Source of the DNA: Turneriella sp.
GTDB lineage: Bacteria > Spirochaetota > Leptospiria > Turneriellales > Turneriellaceae
Length of the DNA: 64,000 nt
Reading direction: 5' to 3'
NCBI GenBank assembly: GCA_965279515.1
Contig: CBDIID010000003.1
Location: 2,048,001-2,112,000 of the forward strand
The first letter of the stretch is position 1; each line of letters opens with the position of its first letter. The notes under the pieces were generated by a model, which saw nothing but the letters and a program-made list of their open reading frames with translations, was not told the DNA's origin and did not search any database. Position numbers and translations under genes: made by a program. This document shows, piece by piece, positions 1 through 9,426 of this stretch.

Positions 1-852
1 AACCTCGGCTATTATAACGTGAAGTTCCTGAAAAATGTCTATCCCGGCGATACGATCACTTCTTTTACCAAGATCGTGGACAAAAAAGAACGCGGCGAAG
101 GCAAACCCGGCATCGTCACCATCAACACCATCGGCAACAACCAGCGCGGCGAGCGCGTTGCGCAGTACATGCGCAAGATCATGGTTCCTCCAGCACCCGC
201 GGGCTACCAGCCACCCAAATTTATTCCTTCAAAGACGGATGTCCCTCCCTACGCCGACAGCGTCGATATCGAGATTCCCGATTTTGACGCGGCTGCGTGG
301 CCTTCGACGGTCACGCGCCCCGACACCTATTATGAGGATTTCAACGTCGGCGACATCATCGTGTCACCCAATGGCCGCACGATCACCGACGAACATTTTG
401 CCTGGACCTACCGCGTCGGCAACACACACCCCCTGCACTTTGACCGCCTCTATTCACAGGGCATGTCAGGCGCGATGAGCGGCGACCCGATCACCTATGG
501 CGGTCTCGTGTTTGCGTGGCTGATGGGCCTTTCGGGCCGCGACGTCTCAGAGAACGCCCTTGCCGATCTCGGCTACACCGAAGGCTACCACACACAGCCG
601 TCAAAATCAGGCGAAACCGTGTACTGCATTCACCGTGTGCTCGCGAAAGAACCGGTGGATGGTAAACTTAAGGCGGGCGCTATTCAGTTGCAAGTGATTG
701 GCCTCAGGGATATCAAACCCAAACCGGCGATTGAAAAATACGGCGCCGATCTCTTTATCAAAGAGAATGACAAAAAAGATCTCGGCAAAGAAAAAATCCC
801 TGAAAAGATTTTTGAAATAGAACGGCGCCTGCTGATTCGATCAAGGGGGTAA
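1..852 (+). CDS. Double MaoC/hot-dog dehydratase (mesaconyl-CoA hydratase-like), 5'-truncated by the window
   Basis: Frame is open from base 1 (NLGYYNVKFLKNVYPGDT). Second MaoC unit has YYEDFNVGD, GRTIT and NTHPLHFD. Confidence 0.8.
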   Translation, partial: NLGYYNVKFLKNVYPGDTITSFTKIVDKKERGEGKPGIVTINTIGNNQRGERVAQYMRKIMVPPAPAGYQPPKFIPSKTDVPPYADSVDIEIPDFDAAAWPSTVTRPDTYYEDFNVGDIIVSPNGRTITDEHFAWTYRVGNTHPLHFDRLYSQGMSGAMSGDPITYGGLVFAWLMGLSGRDVSENALADLGYTEGYHTQPSKSGETVYCIHRVLAKEPVDGKLKAGAIQLQVIGLRDIKPKPAIEKYGADLFIKENDKKDLGKEKIPEKIFEIERRLLIRSRG

Positions 853-857
853 ACCCC

Positions 858-1106
858 ATCAAGCGTTCCGGGATACGCGTTCTTGGTGAAATTGAAGACG
901 AAAAGACCATCGCCGTCGGTTCGCGCATTCGCGAACAAAATCGCCTTAACCGGGCTTATGGGAAGGCGCGTTGGAAAAAACGAAAAGGAATTGCCGTCGT
1001 AATGCTGGGCAACACGCTTGTCGGCAGATGTGAAATCCACTGGTATGAAGCATACAGTATCGGTAAAAAAGAAATCAAGATCAAACGGATTATCGGTGAA
1101 GACTGA
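858..1106 (+). CDS. Small basic toxin-like protein, absent from the ORF track; start uncertain (ATC 858 or ATA 873)
   Basis: Manual translation: IKRSGIRVLGEIEDEKTIAVGSRIREQNRLNRAYGKARWKKRKGIAVVMLGNTLVGRCEIHWYEAYSIGKKEIKIKRIIGED*. Frame is open 816-1106. SD-like AAGGGGGT at 843-850. It overlaps the GTG of the next gene. Confidence 0.65.
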   Translation: MKRSGIRVLGEIEDEKTIAVGSRIREQNRLNRAYGKARWKKRKGIAVVMLGNTLVGRCEIHWYEAYSIGKKEIKIKRIIGED

Positions 1107-1326
1107 CCTGAAAACACGTTTTGCCCTTTGCGTGGATAATGCAGATTTTCCTGCAGGTCTTGAGTTACGCAAGATTTACCGTTTAAAGACAGATAAACAA
1201 GCCGCTTCACGTGGTCTTATCCGTGTTTACGACGAGTCCCAGGAAGATTATCTTTATCCCGCACACCTATTCGTAGAGGTCGGTGTTTCATCTGATCTTC
1301 AAAAAATCCTAAACCGGAAAAATTAA
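1096..1326 (+). CDS. Small putative antitoxin/immunity protein
   Basis: C-terminal part of ORF 1018-1326. GTG 1096 overlaps the upstream gene end. Contains LELRKIY and IRVYDESQEDYLYP. Confidence 0.7.
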   Translation: MKTDLKTRFALCVDNADFPAGLELRKIYRLKTDKQAASRGLIRVYDESQEDYLYPAHLFVEVGVSSDLQKILNRKN

Positions 1327-1334
1327 TCCCCTTA

Positions 1335-2939
1335 GTGAACTTACGCACCAACAACATCGCCAAGCTGCAGAATATCCACTTCGACGTGCTCGTCGTGGGT
1401 GGTGGCATCAATGGCGCCGTTTCTGCGGCAGCGCTTTCGGGCAAGGGCGCGAAGGTCGCGCTCGTCGACCGCCGCGATTTTGCCTCGGAAACAAGCCAGC
1501 AGTCGTCGAACCTGGCCTGGGGCGGTATCAAATATCTTGAAACGCTCGAATTTGGTCTCGTGCGCAAACTCTGCAAATCGCGCAACCATCTCATCCGTAA
1601 TTACCCCTCGGCGGTTGAGGAAATCCGCTTTTTCACAACCATTGAAAAAGGCTTTCGTTTTCCTGTCTGGTTTATCTGGCTCGGCACCTGGTTCTATTGG
1701 CTGATGGGTAATTTTTTCACACGCCGCCCGCGCTATCTGACGCGCCGCCGCATCAACAAAGATGAGCCGACGGTGAACACGGCAAACGCCGTCGGTGGTT
1801 TTGAATATTCCGATGCCTACCTGCACGACAACGACGCGCGTTTTGTCTTTACCTTCATTCGCACCGCGCTCAACAACGGCTGCATTGCGGCGAATTATAC
1901 CGAAGTTCTTTCAGCCAAGCGCAGCAACAACCAGTGGCTCGTCGAAGCGCGCGATACGGTCAGCGGCAAGAAGCTGAAAATTACCGCGGATGTGCTGGTG
2001 AATGCCTGCGGCCCGTTCGCCGACGATTTCAACACTAAAACGAGCATGAAGACTGAACACCAGCACGTGTTCTCCAAGGGCATCCACCTGATCGTCAACC
2101 GCATCTCGAAGGAGCCGCGGGTGCTGACGTTCTTCGCCGACGACGGCCGTCTGTTCTTTGCGATACCGATGGGCGCGAAAACCTGTATCGGCACAACCGA
2201 CACGCGCATGCCTTCGCCTGAATCGCATGTCACGGACGAGGACCGTCAGTTTGTCCTCAACAACATCAACAAACGGCTAAAACTCGATAAACCTCTCAGC
2301 GAAGACGACATCATCGCCGAACGCTGCGGTGTGCGGCCGCTCGTCACAAAAAAGGGCAAAGGCGGTAATAAAGACTGGATGCAGCTCTCGCGCAAGCACG
2401 AGGTCGAGGCCGATCTCGATAAACAATACCTGACCATCTTCGGCGGCAAACTCACCGACTGCCTCAACGTCGGCGACGAAGTGAGCGCGTTCATCGAAGA
2501 CATGGGGATTACCCTGCGTTTCCCCAAGCGGCGCTGGTACGGCGAACCGCACGACTCGGTGCGTAACGATTATTTCCACCAGGCAAAACTGATGGACCTC
2601 GACAGTTATACCTCACCGCAGGCGCATGAAAAACTCTCCACGCGCTTCTGGCGCCGCTATGGCGCCCATGCGCTCGAACTGCTCGAAGAGATCCGCGAAA
2701 ACCCGGCAGAGGCCGAAGTCTTAATCCACGGCGCTGAATACACGCGCTGCGAAATCAAAGAGGCGGCTAGCCGTGAGATGGTGACTAAACTCGAAGACTT
2801 TTTGCGCCGCCGCTCGAAGATCGCACTCGTCATGCGCAAAGACGACATCCGCAAGTCGAAGGGCATACACGAGGCGTGTAAGATTCTGTTTGGCAAAGAG
2901 GCGAATAAAAAATTCGCCGAATATTTCGGAAAACGCTAA
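1335..2939 (+). CDS. glpD: FAD-dependent glycerol-3-phosphate dehydrogenase/oxidase
   Basis: DVLVVGGGING FAD motif, GGIKYLE, IGTTD, GVRPL, GGKLT, DFLRRRS. Confidence 0.85.
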   Translation: MNLRTNNIAKLQNIHFDVLVVGGGINGAVSAAALSGKGAKVALVDRRDFASETSQQSSNLAWGGIKYLETLEFGLVRKLCKSRNHLIRNYPSAVEEIRFFTTIEKGFRFPVWFIWLGTWFYWLMGNFFTRRPRYLTRRRINKDEPTVNTANAVGGFEYSDAYLHDNDARFVFTFIRTALNNGCIAANYTEVLSAKRSNNQWLVEARDTVSGKKLKITADVLVNACGPFADDFNTKTSMKTEHQHVFSKGIHLIVNRISKEPRVLTFFADDGRLFFAIPMGAKTCIGTTDTRMPSPESHVTDEDRQFVLNNINKRLKLDKPLSEDDIIAERCGVRPLVTKKGKGGNKDWMQLSRKHEVEADLDKQYLTIFGGKLTDCLNVGDEVSAFIEDMGITLRFPKRRWYGEPHDSVRNDYFHQAKLMDLDSYTSPQAHEKLSTRFWRRYGAHALELLEEIRENPAEAEVLIHGAEYTRCEIKEAASREMVTKLEDFLRRRSKIALVMRKDDIRKSKGIHEACKILFGKEANKKFAEYFGKR

Positions 2940-2942
2940 AGC

Positions 2943-4871
2943 CTAATCCCGGTACGGCCGGGATTGCAGAATATAGATCTTCCCTTTCCAGATTCCCCAT
3001 TCGATATCCTGCTCGGCCTTTTCAGCGAAGGCCTCGCGGATCTTAAGCGCTAAAACCGCCAGCGAGCGGGCTTTCGCATCGTCGAGAATACGGCCGTTGG
3101 CATCGGCGCAGGTGACGGGTGTTGGTTTGAGCTCGCCTTTTTTATCAAAGCGTAACGCGCTCTCTTGCTGCGAGCGTGTCCACACGACAACAGCATTCGA
3201 TTCATAATTTACGAGAATCTGCTCCGGCATGCCGCGGTTATCGGCGATCTGTGAATTGTGCCCGCAGACTGTTGAGATCAATACGGCATCGTTCACAGTT
3301 TTGAGATAGGGATTGCGCGTAATGAGTACACCGCCGAGGTCCATATCGATCCCCGTCTGGATGATGACAGCCATGTAGATATGCGTCTGGTCGACACCAA
3401 AGTGCCGGCGGGCCTCGAAGGCCTCGAAGTTATAGAGCGAGGCCCAGACCTTTTTAACGGATGCGGAGATATCTTTCGCACTGGTCTGGTTGGCAGCCGA
3501 GAAGTAGAGCCCTGCGCCGCTAAAGTTACTGAGATCTTCGAGATTCGACGAGCTGCGTACAAAAACCGGCTTTGATTTCAGCGCGTTTTTCCAGCGCGTT
3601 TGGATTTCCTTTTGCAGGTTTGGGCTTAACGGGGCTGCTTCGAGTTTTTTTCGCAATGCGTCGAGCAGGCTTTTGCGCATGGCTTTCTCTTCGTTAAACC
3701 CTTTCGTCGCCAGCATTTGCATAAGTTTCTTATCGAGCCCGTGCTCGCGCATATGGCGCTCGAAATAGTGAAACGGGATAACGAAACCTTCGGGAATATT
3801 CACTTCACCTTTGAGTTTGTTAAAGACTTCGCCCAAATTGGCGGCCTTCGCGCCATACGCGACAGACCAGGTTTTCGATAGGTCGGTGAGAGGCAGAATG
3901 TCGTTGCGCATTATATCAGCTGCGGGCGCAACAGGCGCGACGCGGGCTTCTGTTTTCACCGCCGGTTGTGCGGATTTCCAGCTGTACTTGCGGTCGCCCG
4001 CCGTAAGCTCAATCCACTGGTTTTCTAACGGTGTAAAAATCGCCGCGGCGTCCTGGACATAGACATTGGGTATGCCCCAGCCGTGCGCGAGAATATTGAT
4101 GTGCGACAGCGGGGTCGACGGCATCGTCACGACGATGCCGCGCACGGGTGTCAGTTTCAGCGGGAGAAAATTCAGTACCACGATGTCATAGTGCTCGACC
4201 GTTTCTAAATCCGCCTCGTTCTGGATGAAACGCACGCGCCCAACCGCCTTACCGGTGTTGAGGGCGAGATAGGTTTGTTTACCTGCCAGTTCTGCCTGCG
4301 TGACATGCGCAAGATTCAGCGCTTTTGCAGACGCCTCTTGCCGCGAAGAATTCGGCTTATAGAGAAGTTTCTCATAAAAGGTAGCGGCAAGACGCTCATT
4401 CACTTCGCCGATCTGCGCTTCGGGTAAAAGGTCGCCTTCCCAGAGCTCCCATGTCCACGCGGGAATCGACGCCTGCCAGGCAATCGTGCCGATCATGAAG
4501 CGGCGCTCCTGTTTGAAGTACAACTCGTTGTCGAGCTTGGCTCCCATCGGAGCCAGCTGCGCGGCATAGAGGAAATCCTTATGGAAACGAAACTTCTGCG
4601 AATTTACAAAATGTACCTGCCCGCCGGCATTACGGTCGACGACGAACATGAGGTGCGGTATCGCATAACGCGTGCCGGCATAATACGTGCGCTGCAGCAG
4701 ATCAAAATCGGCGCGGCTTTTGATCTGCGTGAGAGCATCGCGCTCCGTCGCCGGTTTATCGGGGCGGCCATTTTTAGGCTCGCGTAATGGCGACGGCTTC
4801 TGCTGCAGCTGGGCAAAGAGGGGGATTACCCCCGCGGAAAAAAGCACACAGCGAACAAGAGCCCGCGGCAC
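2943..4871 (-). CDS. PEP/pyruvate-dikinase-like protein (phospho-His swivel domain, then C-terminal ATP-grasp) with putative signal peptide
   Basis: LSHINILAHGWGIP His motif; GAKAANLG, VRSSSNLED, SGAGLY, QDIEWG, ILQSRP; hydrophobic N-terminus ending PLFA-Q. Confidence 0.8.
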   Translation of the reverse strand: MPRALVRCVLFSAGVIPLFAQLQQKPSPLREPKNGRPDKPATERDALTQIKSRADFDLLQRTYYAGTRYAIPHLMFVVDRNAGGQVHFVNSQKFRFHKDFLYAAQLAPMGAKLDNELYFKQERRFMIGTIAWQASIPAWTWELWEGDLLPEAQIGEVNERLAATFYEKLLYKPNSSRQEASAKALNLAHVTQAELAGKQTYLALNTGKAVGRVRFIQNEADLETVEHYDIVVLNFLPLKLTPVRGIVVTMPSTPLSHINILAHGWGIPNVYVQDAAAIFTPLENQWIELTAGDRKYSWKSAQPAVKTEARVAPVAPAADIMRNDILPLTDLSKTWSVAYGAKAANLGEVFNKLKGEVNIPEGFVIPFHYFERHMREHGLDKKLMQMLATKGFNEEKAMRKSLLDALRKKLEAAPLSPNLQKEIQTRWKNALKSKPVFVRSSSNLEDLSNFSGAGLYFSAANQTSAKDISASVKKVWASLYNFEAFEARRHFGVDQTHIYMAVIIQTGIDMDLGGVLITRNPYLKTVNDAVLISTVCGHNSQIADNRGMPEQILVNYESNAVVVWTRSQQESALRFDKKGELKPTPVTCADANGRILDDAKARSLAVLALKIREAFAEKAEQDIEWGIWKGKIYILQSRPYRD

Positions 4872-4874
4872 AGG

Positions 4875-5684
4875 TTAGCCAGTTTTCTTTTTCTGGCGCG
4901 CGGCGAAACCCTTCACCATTTCGACAAATTCTTTTGACTGCAGATAGCCACTGTTGTACAGCGCGACGAGATCGAGCGCGCGGTCGATATCCATGCCGCG
5001 CTGTTTGTTCATGATATATTTTACACCGCGCGTGACAATCGCCGAGTTCTGGCACATCTCTTCGGCTGTTTTCATCGCGGCCGCATAGAGCGCCTCTTTT
5101 TCGGGCAACACCTGCGTCACGAGACCCATGCGCAGTGCCTCTTCAGCGCCGAAATCGCGGCCCGTCAGCGCGAGTTCGCGCGTGATGCCCTCGCCGATGA
5201 TGTAGGGCAGGCGTTGCAGCGAACCCATGTCGGCGACAATCGCCACCTTAACCTCGCGGAGAGAGAAGATAGCGTCGGCTGCTGCATAACGAATGTCACA
5301 GGCAGAGATCAGGTCGAGCGCGCCGCCGATACAGTGCCGGTGGATGGCAGCGATCGAGGGTTTGGGCGAATCGCCGAGAGCCCGCATGCCCTTTTGCAGC
5401 GTCAGGATGAAATGGTGGAGTTTTTCATTCGCCTCGGCGCCGCCTGAGTCGCCTAGCCAGGCAAAACGTTCGACAAAATCGGGCAGATCGATGCCGATCG
5501 AAAAACTTGCGCCCTTCGCGGCCACGATAAAGGCTTTTACCGATTCGTCCGCATTGATCTCTTCGACGACCAAAGGCAGTTCACGCCAGAAATCCCAGCT
5601 CATAAAATTGCGTTTTTCGGGACGGTTCAGCCACAGCGTCGCAACGGGGCCTGATTTTTCGATCAGGAAAAAATTGTAACTCAC
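4875..5684 (-). CDS. Crotonase/enoyl-CoA hydratase family (dienoyl-CoA isomerase-like)
   Basis: LNRPEKRN, CIGGALDLISACDIRY, ADMGSLQRLP. GTG 5684 overlaps the upstream stop (GTGA). Confidence 0.88.
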   Translation of the reverse strand: MSYNFFLIEKSGPVATLWLNRPEKRNFMSWDFWRELPLVVEEINADESVKAFIVAAKGASFSIGIDLPDFVERFAWLGDSGGAEANEKLHHFILTLQKGMRALGDSPKPSIAAIHRHCIGGALDLISACDIRYAAADAIFSLREVKVAIVADMGSLQRLPYIIGEGITRELALTGRDFGAEEALRMGLVTQVLPEKEALYAAAMKTAEEMCQNSAIVTRGVKYIMNKQRGMDIDRALDLVALYNSGYLQSKEFVEMVKGFAARQKKKTG

Positions 5685-5992
5685 GGGCGGGCGACCTGGA
5701 ATTTGACGTAAGCGATAGCGGCTACGACAATGATAATAAAACAAACAGCCAGTATCAGCAGCATTTTTTTGAATGATGCTTCTTTCAGCACCAGGGATCC
5801 AATGAGCCCAACCACTGCACCCACGGGGGCCAAATAGATCGCGCCGATGATGGCAATCATCAACGCCCCCGGGCCATGCGGGTGCTGGTTGCCTGTCGAA
5901 CCTAGAATGAAGCCTGTGAGAAATCCGGCTATGGCAAAAAATAAAATTCCACCGCCGGTTGAAAGAAAGACAAAGCGCGCCTTAGGACTCAT
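5681..5992 (-). CDS. Small membrane protein (~3 TM)
   Basis: ATG 5992 is coupled to the upstream TAA (TAATG). Three hydrophobic segments. Confidence 0.65.
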   Translation of the reverse strand: MSPKARFVFLSTGGGILFFAIAGFLTGFILGSTGNQHPHGPGALMIAIIGAIYLAPVGAVVGLIGSLVLKEASFKKMLLILAVCFIIIVVAAIAYVKFQVARP

Positions 5993-6294
5993 TAATACTC
6001 CTGTTTCTTTAAGAGCGCATTCAGCTTCTTGCGGCCTGTGCGCTTCAGCATTTTGGGTGAATCGGAACAGAGATGGCCGCAGGTTTTCTGCCGGCCCTTG
6101 CCCATGAATTCCTGGCCGCAGACGACGCATTTGCGTTTTTCGCGGCGCACGCCGTTCATGACAATCTCCATGGGTTTAAGTGGGATGTCCCCACGGCTGA
6201 GAAAGCCTTTTTCAAATCTGTGGCCTTGTTTCCATTTGTATGTGACATAATCCGAAAATGCTTGCCGTGGCAGATTTTGTGTCAGCACAGACAC
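5992..6294 (-). CDS. Small basic protein with putative Cys4 zinc finger
   Basis: CVVC-x12-CGHLC; stop is coupled to the downstream ATG. Confidence 0.55.
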   Translation of the reverse strand: MSVLTQNLPRQAFSDYVTYKWKQGHRFEKGFLSRGDIPLKPMEIVMNGVRREKRKCVVCGQEFMGKGRQKTCGHLCSDSPKMLKRTGRKKLNALLKKQEY

Positions 6295-6300
6295 AGGGCA

Positions 6301-6975
6301 ATGCGCCTGCGCAACTTTTCACTGCCCGTTTTTTTCATGGCCTTAACGCCACTCGTTGCTGCGCAATACCCGTCAGAGCCGGTCGTACCCACGGTTGCCG
6401 AACCCCAGGTTGAGGGTGCGACAAAGCCGACCCGCGGCAAGAAGACCACAACGCCTGTGAAATCTGTTCCGCTCGCGCAGATGCGCCTGCGGATTCACCT
6501 CGGTGACAAAAGTGTTCTTATCGCAGAGGCAGCTCTGCCCGCCACGTATTCGTTTACACACAAGAAAGGAAATATCCAGTACAACCAGACAATACGCGCG
6601 GAAGATATACGCGAGCTGATGGTTGAAAGTTACCGCGCACACAAAATCGCCGCAGAAAAAGATGGCGAGGTTTTTGAATTTGAGCCCGCGCAGGTACGCA
6701 TCGAACTCAAGGACGGCCAGGTATTCAAACTGCAATACCTTTTTAAAGAACTGCGCAAGATTCGCGCGAAAAATGCCGACGGCAATTTCAGCGTGTTCGC
6801 TTTTTTCGCCGACACCTACAAACAGAAATCGGGCTGGCAAGAGCGCCCGGGCGACAGTTTCACGATGGTCACGCGCCGGGGACACCCTGCGGCGTTCTCA
6901 AAACTCGAATACTTTGAACCCGTCGACAAAGCCGGCAGCGGCGATGCGCAGGAAAAAGAACCCGGTCACAAATGA
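6301..6975 (+). CDS. Hypothetical exported protein
   Basis: ATG 6301 followed by signal peptide MRLRNFSLPVFFMALTPLVAA; ATGA overlap with the next gene. Confidence 0.7.
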   Translation: MRLRNFSLPVFFMALTPLVAAQYPSEPVVPTVAEPQVEGATKPTRGKKTTTPVKSVPLAQMRLRIHLGDKSVLIAEAALPATYSFTHKKGNIQYNQTIRAEDIRELMVESYRAHKIAAEKDGEVFEFEPAQVRIELKDGQVFKLQYLFKELRKIRAKNADGNFSVFAFFADTYKQKSGWQERPGDSFTMVTRRGHPAAFSKLEYFEPVDKAGSGDAQEKEPGHK

Positions 6976-8105
6976 TCGCCCACCTGATGACCTCGGTTTC
7001 GCACGGAGGGCTCGAGCTCTATGTGCGGGAACTCATTTTGAAACTGAACACCGCAGGCCTCAGCCAGGTCGTGATACTCGACGCGAATTCATTTATGGTC
7101 GAAGACTTGCGCGCCCGAAATATACCCGTCGAATTCCTGAAGGGTGGTTCCCGCTACAGTCTTTTCCGCATGGCACGCCTCAGGAAAATCCACCGGCACT
7201 ATGCGGTTCAGATCTGGCAAAGCCACCAGCGCGACGACATGATGGTGGTTGCTTTCGCGTTCTTCTTCAAAAAGATCAGGCACATCTTCAGCCTCTACAT
7301 GGGCTTCGCGAAAAAACGGGACCTGCTACACCGTCTCGTGTATTCACGTATCGAAAAACTAGTCACCACTTCAGAGCTGATGAACGCGCTTGCACTCGAA
7401 CGCCTGCCGGTAAGAGGTGACCAGATTGCCTGCATACGTTATGGCCGTGAAACCGCGGCATTCGAAGTGCCGGCGGCGAAGGTGAAGGCAGTGCGCAAAA
7501 TTGTCGGGGCAAAGCCCGGGCAGAAAATTGTTCTCTCACTGTGCCGCCTCGACCCGATGAAGGGTGTGCGCGAATTTGCCGACGCAGCAAAACTCATCGC
7601 CAAACAACTGCACAATAAATTCATTTTTGTACAAATCGGCGAACGCACAATTCTGGAATTCGACGCGCAGAACCATCCCGTCTACCGGCCCGAGTCTGAG
7701 GCGGTTTTTCAGTATCTGCGCGCGCTGGAAGAGAACCAGCACGGCGGATGCCGCTACGTTCTGTTGCCGTTTCAGAAAGACTTTGTTCCCTACCTCGAAG
7801 CCGCCGATTATTTTGTACTTGCGAGCTACGACGAAATGTATTCGCTTTCGCTGATCGACGCCATGATGGCGCAATGCCTGATTATCGGTACGAATAACGG
7901 CGGTACGACGGAACAACTAGCGGAAAACCGGGGCATGCTGATCGAAACGAAGAGCGCCGCCGCCATCAGCGAAGCCATCGCCCTCGCCGGGGGAAATCCC
8001 ACTGCCGGTAAAAAAATGCAAAGGGCAGCCTATAATTGGGTCATGCGGGAGCATAGCTGGAAAAATGTGCTGCCACAGTGGCTGAAGCTTTACAATCTGA
8101 GATAG
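6972..8105 (+). CDS. Glycosyltransferase family 4 (GT-B)
   Basis: GGLE, RLDPMKG, EMYSLSLIDAM, IGTNNGG. Confidence 0.88.
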   Translation: MIAHLMTSVSHGGLELYVRELILKLNTAGLSQVVILDANSFMVEDLRARNIPVEFLKGGSRYSLFRMARLRKIHRHYAVQIWQSHQRDDMMVVAFAFFFKKIRHIFSLYMGFAKKRDLLHRLVYSRIEKLVTTSELMNALALERLPVRGDQIACIRYGRETAAFEVPAAKVKAVRKIVGAKPGQKIVLSLCRLDPMKGVREFADAAKLIAKQLHNKFIFVQIGERTILEFDAQNHPVYRPESEAVFQYLRALEENQHGGCRYVLLPFQKDFVPYLEAADYFVLASYDEMYSLSLIDAMMAQCLIIGTNNGGTTEQLAENRGMLIETKSAAAISEAIALAGGNPTAGKKMQRAAYNWVMREHSWKNVLPQWLKLYNLR

Positions 8106-8129
8106 CCGCCCAATTTGCCCCCCGGCAGT

Positions 8130-9419
8130 ATGCGTTTTAGCTCGAAAGTTTTTATATTTCTGGTACCCGGTTTTATGGCAGGGGCATGCCATAAAACGAC
8201 CAGCCCCCTCAAACAACGGCTGTCGCATCTCGATAAGATCGTCGACCCTTACATTAAAGAAGAGAAAGTCGCAGGTTTTGTCGGTTTGATTCTGCACGAC
8301 GGCGAACCCGTCTATGAGCGCGCTGCAGGCTGGGCCGACCGTGAAGCAAAAAGGCCCATGCAGACAGATACAATTTTCCGTATCGCATCGCTGACCAAGG
8401 CAATGACCACTGCAGCGGCGCTGATGCTCGTCGAAGAAGGTAAGCTGAACCTCGACGACCCGCTGGGAAAATACGTTCCATCTTTTTATTACGTGAAGGT
8501 CGCTCAAAAAGATGAAACGGTGCCGCCTGACCCGGTAACGAAAAAGAATACCATGAAGCTCGAGCGGCCGCACCGCCAGATCACGATCAGGCAACTGCTC
8601 GATCATACCGCGGGCCTCTCTTATGGCATGCACCGCGATCTGCAGGACGAATTTAAAAAGGTGAATCTCGGCATCGGCGGTCTGCCGGGTTGGTACCTCG
8701 CCGGCAGCCCTGACACCATCTGCCGCACTGCATACAAGCTCGGCAAAACGCCGCTCGTCACACACCCCGGCAATGCCTGGGTTTATGGTTACAGCACAGA
8801 CGTATTAGGCTGCGTCATAGAAAAAGTCTCGGGCATGAAGCTCGATGAATTTCTCCGGAAACGTATCACCGAAAAGCTCGGCATGGTCGACACGCATTTT
8901 TACCTGCCTAAGGAAAAAAAAGACCGCCTCGCCGTGCTCTATGGCAGCAACGGCGGTGGTAAGGTATCACGCTCGCCGTACCAGGGTGCTTACGTCGACG
9001 GGCCACGGATGAATTTCAGCGGCGGCGCTGGCCTGCTCTCCACAATCCGCGATTATGCACGTTTTATCGAGATGATACGCAACGACGGCGAATACGAGGG
9101 TGTGCGCTATCTCAAAGCCGAATCCGTAAAACTCATGACAACGAACCAGGTGGGCGAACGCTACGGCAACAAAGGTTATGGCTTCAGTTATGGCTTCGAG
9201 GTCGTCGACCGTTCGTATGAAATGCCCTATGGCGAAGTTTCGTATGGCTGGTTCGGCGCCTATGGCCCTTACCTGCGTGTCTATCCGCGCGAAAAGATCG
9301 TGATGATACAGATGACGCAGCTTTTCCCCAACGGTGCTGACATGCGCGAAAAAATTATCGCCGAGGTGCAGGTCGCCGCAGCCGAACACCATCGCGGAAC
9401 TCCCGTCTCCAGCCGATAA
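8130..9419 (+). CDS. Serine hydrolase, beta-lactamase/class C-like esterase family; probable lipoprotein
   Basis: FRIASLTK (SxxK), LLDHTAG, WVYGYS, GGAGLLST; MAGAC lipobox-like. Confidence 0.9.
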   Translation: MRFSSKVFIFLVPGFMAGACHKTTSPLKQRLSHLDKIVDPYIKEEKVAGFVGLILHDGEPVYERAAGWADREAKRPMQTDTIFRIASLTKAMTTAAALMLVEEGKLNLDDPLGKYVPSFYYVKVAQKDETVPPDPVTKKNTMKLERPHRQITIRQLLDHTAGLSYGMHRDLQDEFKKVNLGIGGLPGWYLAGSPDTICRTAYKLGKTPLVTHPGNAWVYGYSTDVLGCVIEKVSGMKLDEFLRKRITEKLGMVDTHFYLPKEKKDRLAVLYGSNGGGKVSRSPYQGAYVDGPRMNFSGGAGLLSTIRDYARFIEMIRNDGEYEGVRYLKAESVKLMTTNQVGERYGNKGYGFSYGFEVVDRSYEMPYGEVSYGWFGAYGPYLRVYPREKIVMIQMTQLFPNGADMREKIIAEVQVAAAEHHRGTPVSSR

Positions 9420-9426
9420 TCGCATC

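Noticed and set aside
1018..1095. N-terminal extension of ORF 1018-1326
   Set aside because: It overlaps the hidden upstream gene; GTG 1096 gives a coupled start.
6073..6300. N-terminal extension of ORF 6073-6975
   Set aside because: It is antisense to the Zn-finger gene, and the signal peptide starts at 6301.
6623..7420. 265-aa alternative-frame ORF
   Set aside because: Arg/Pro-rich shadow overlapping two better-supported genes.
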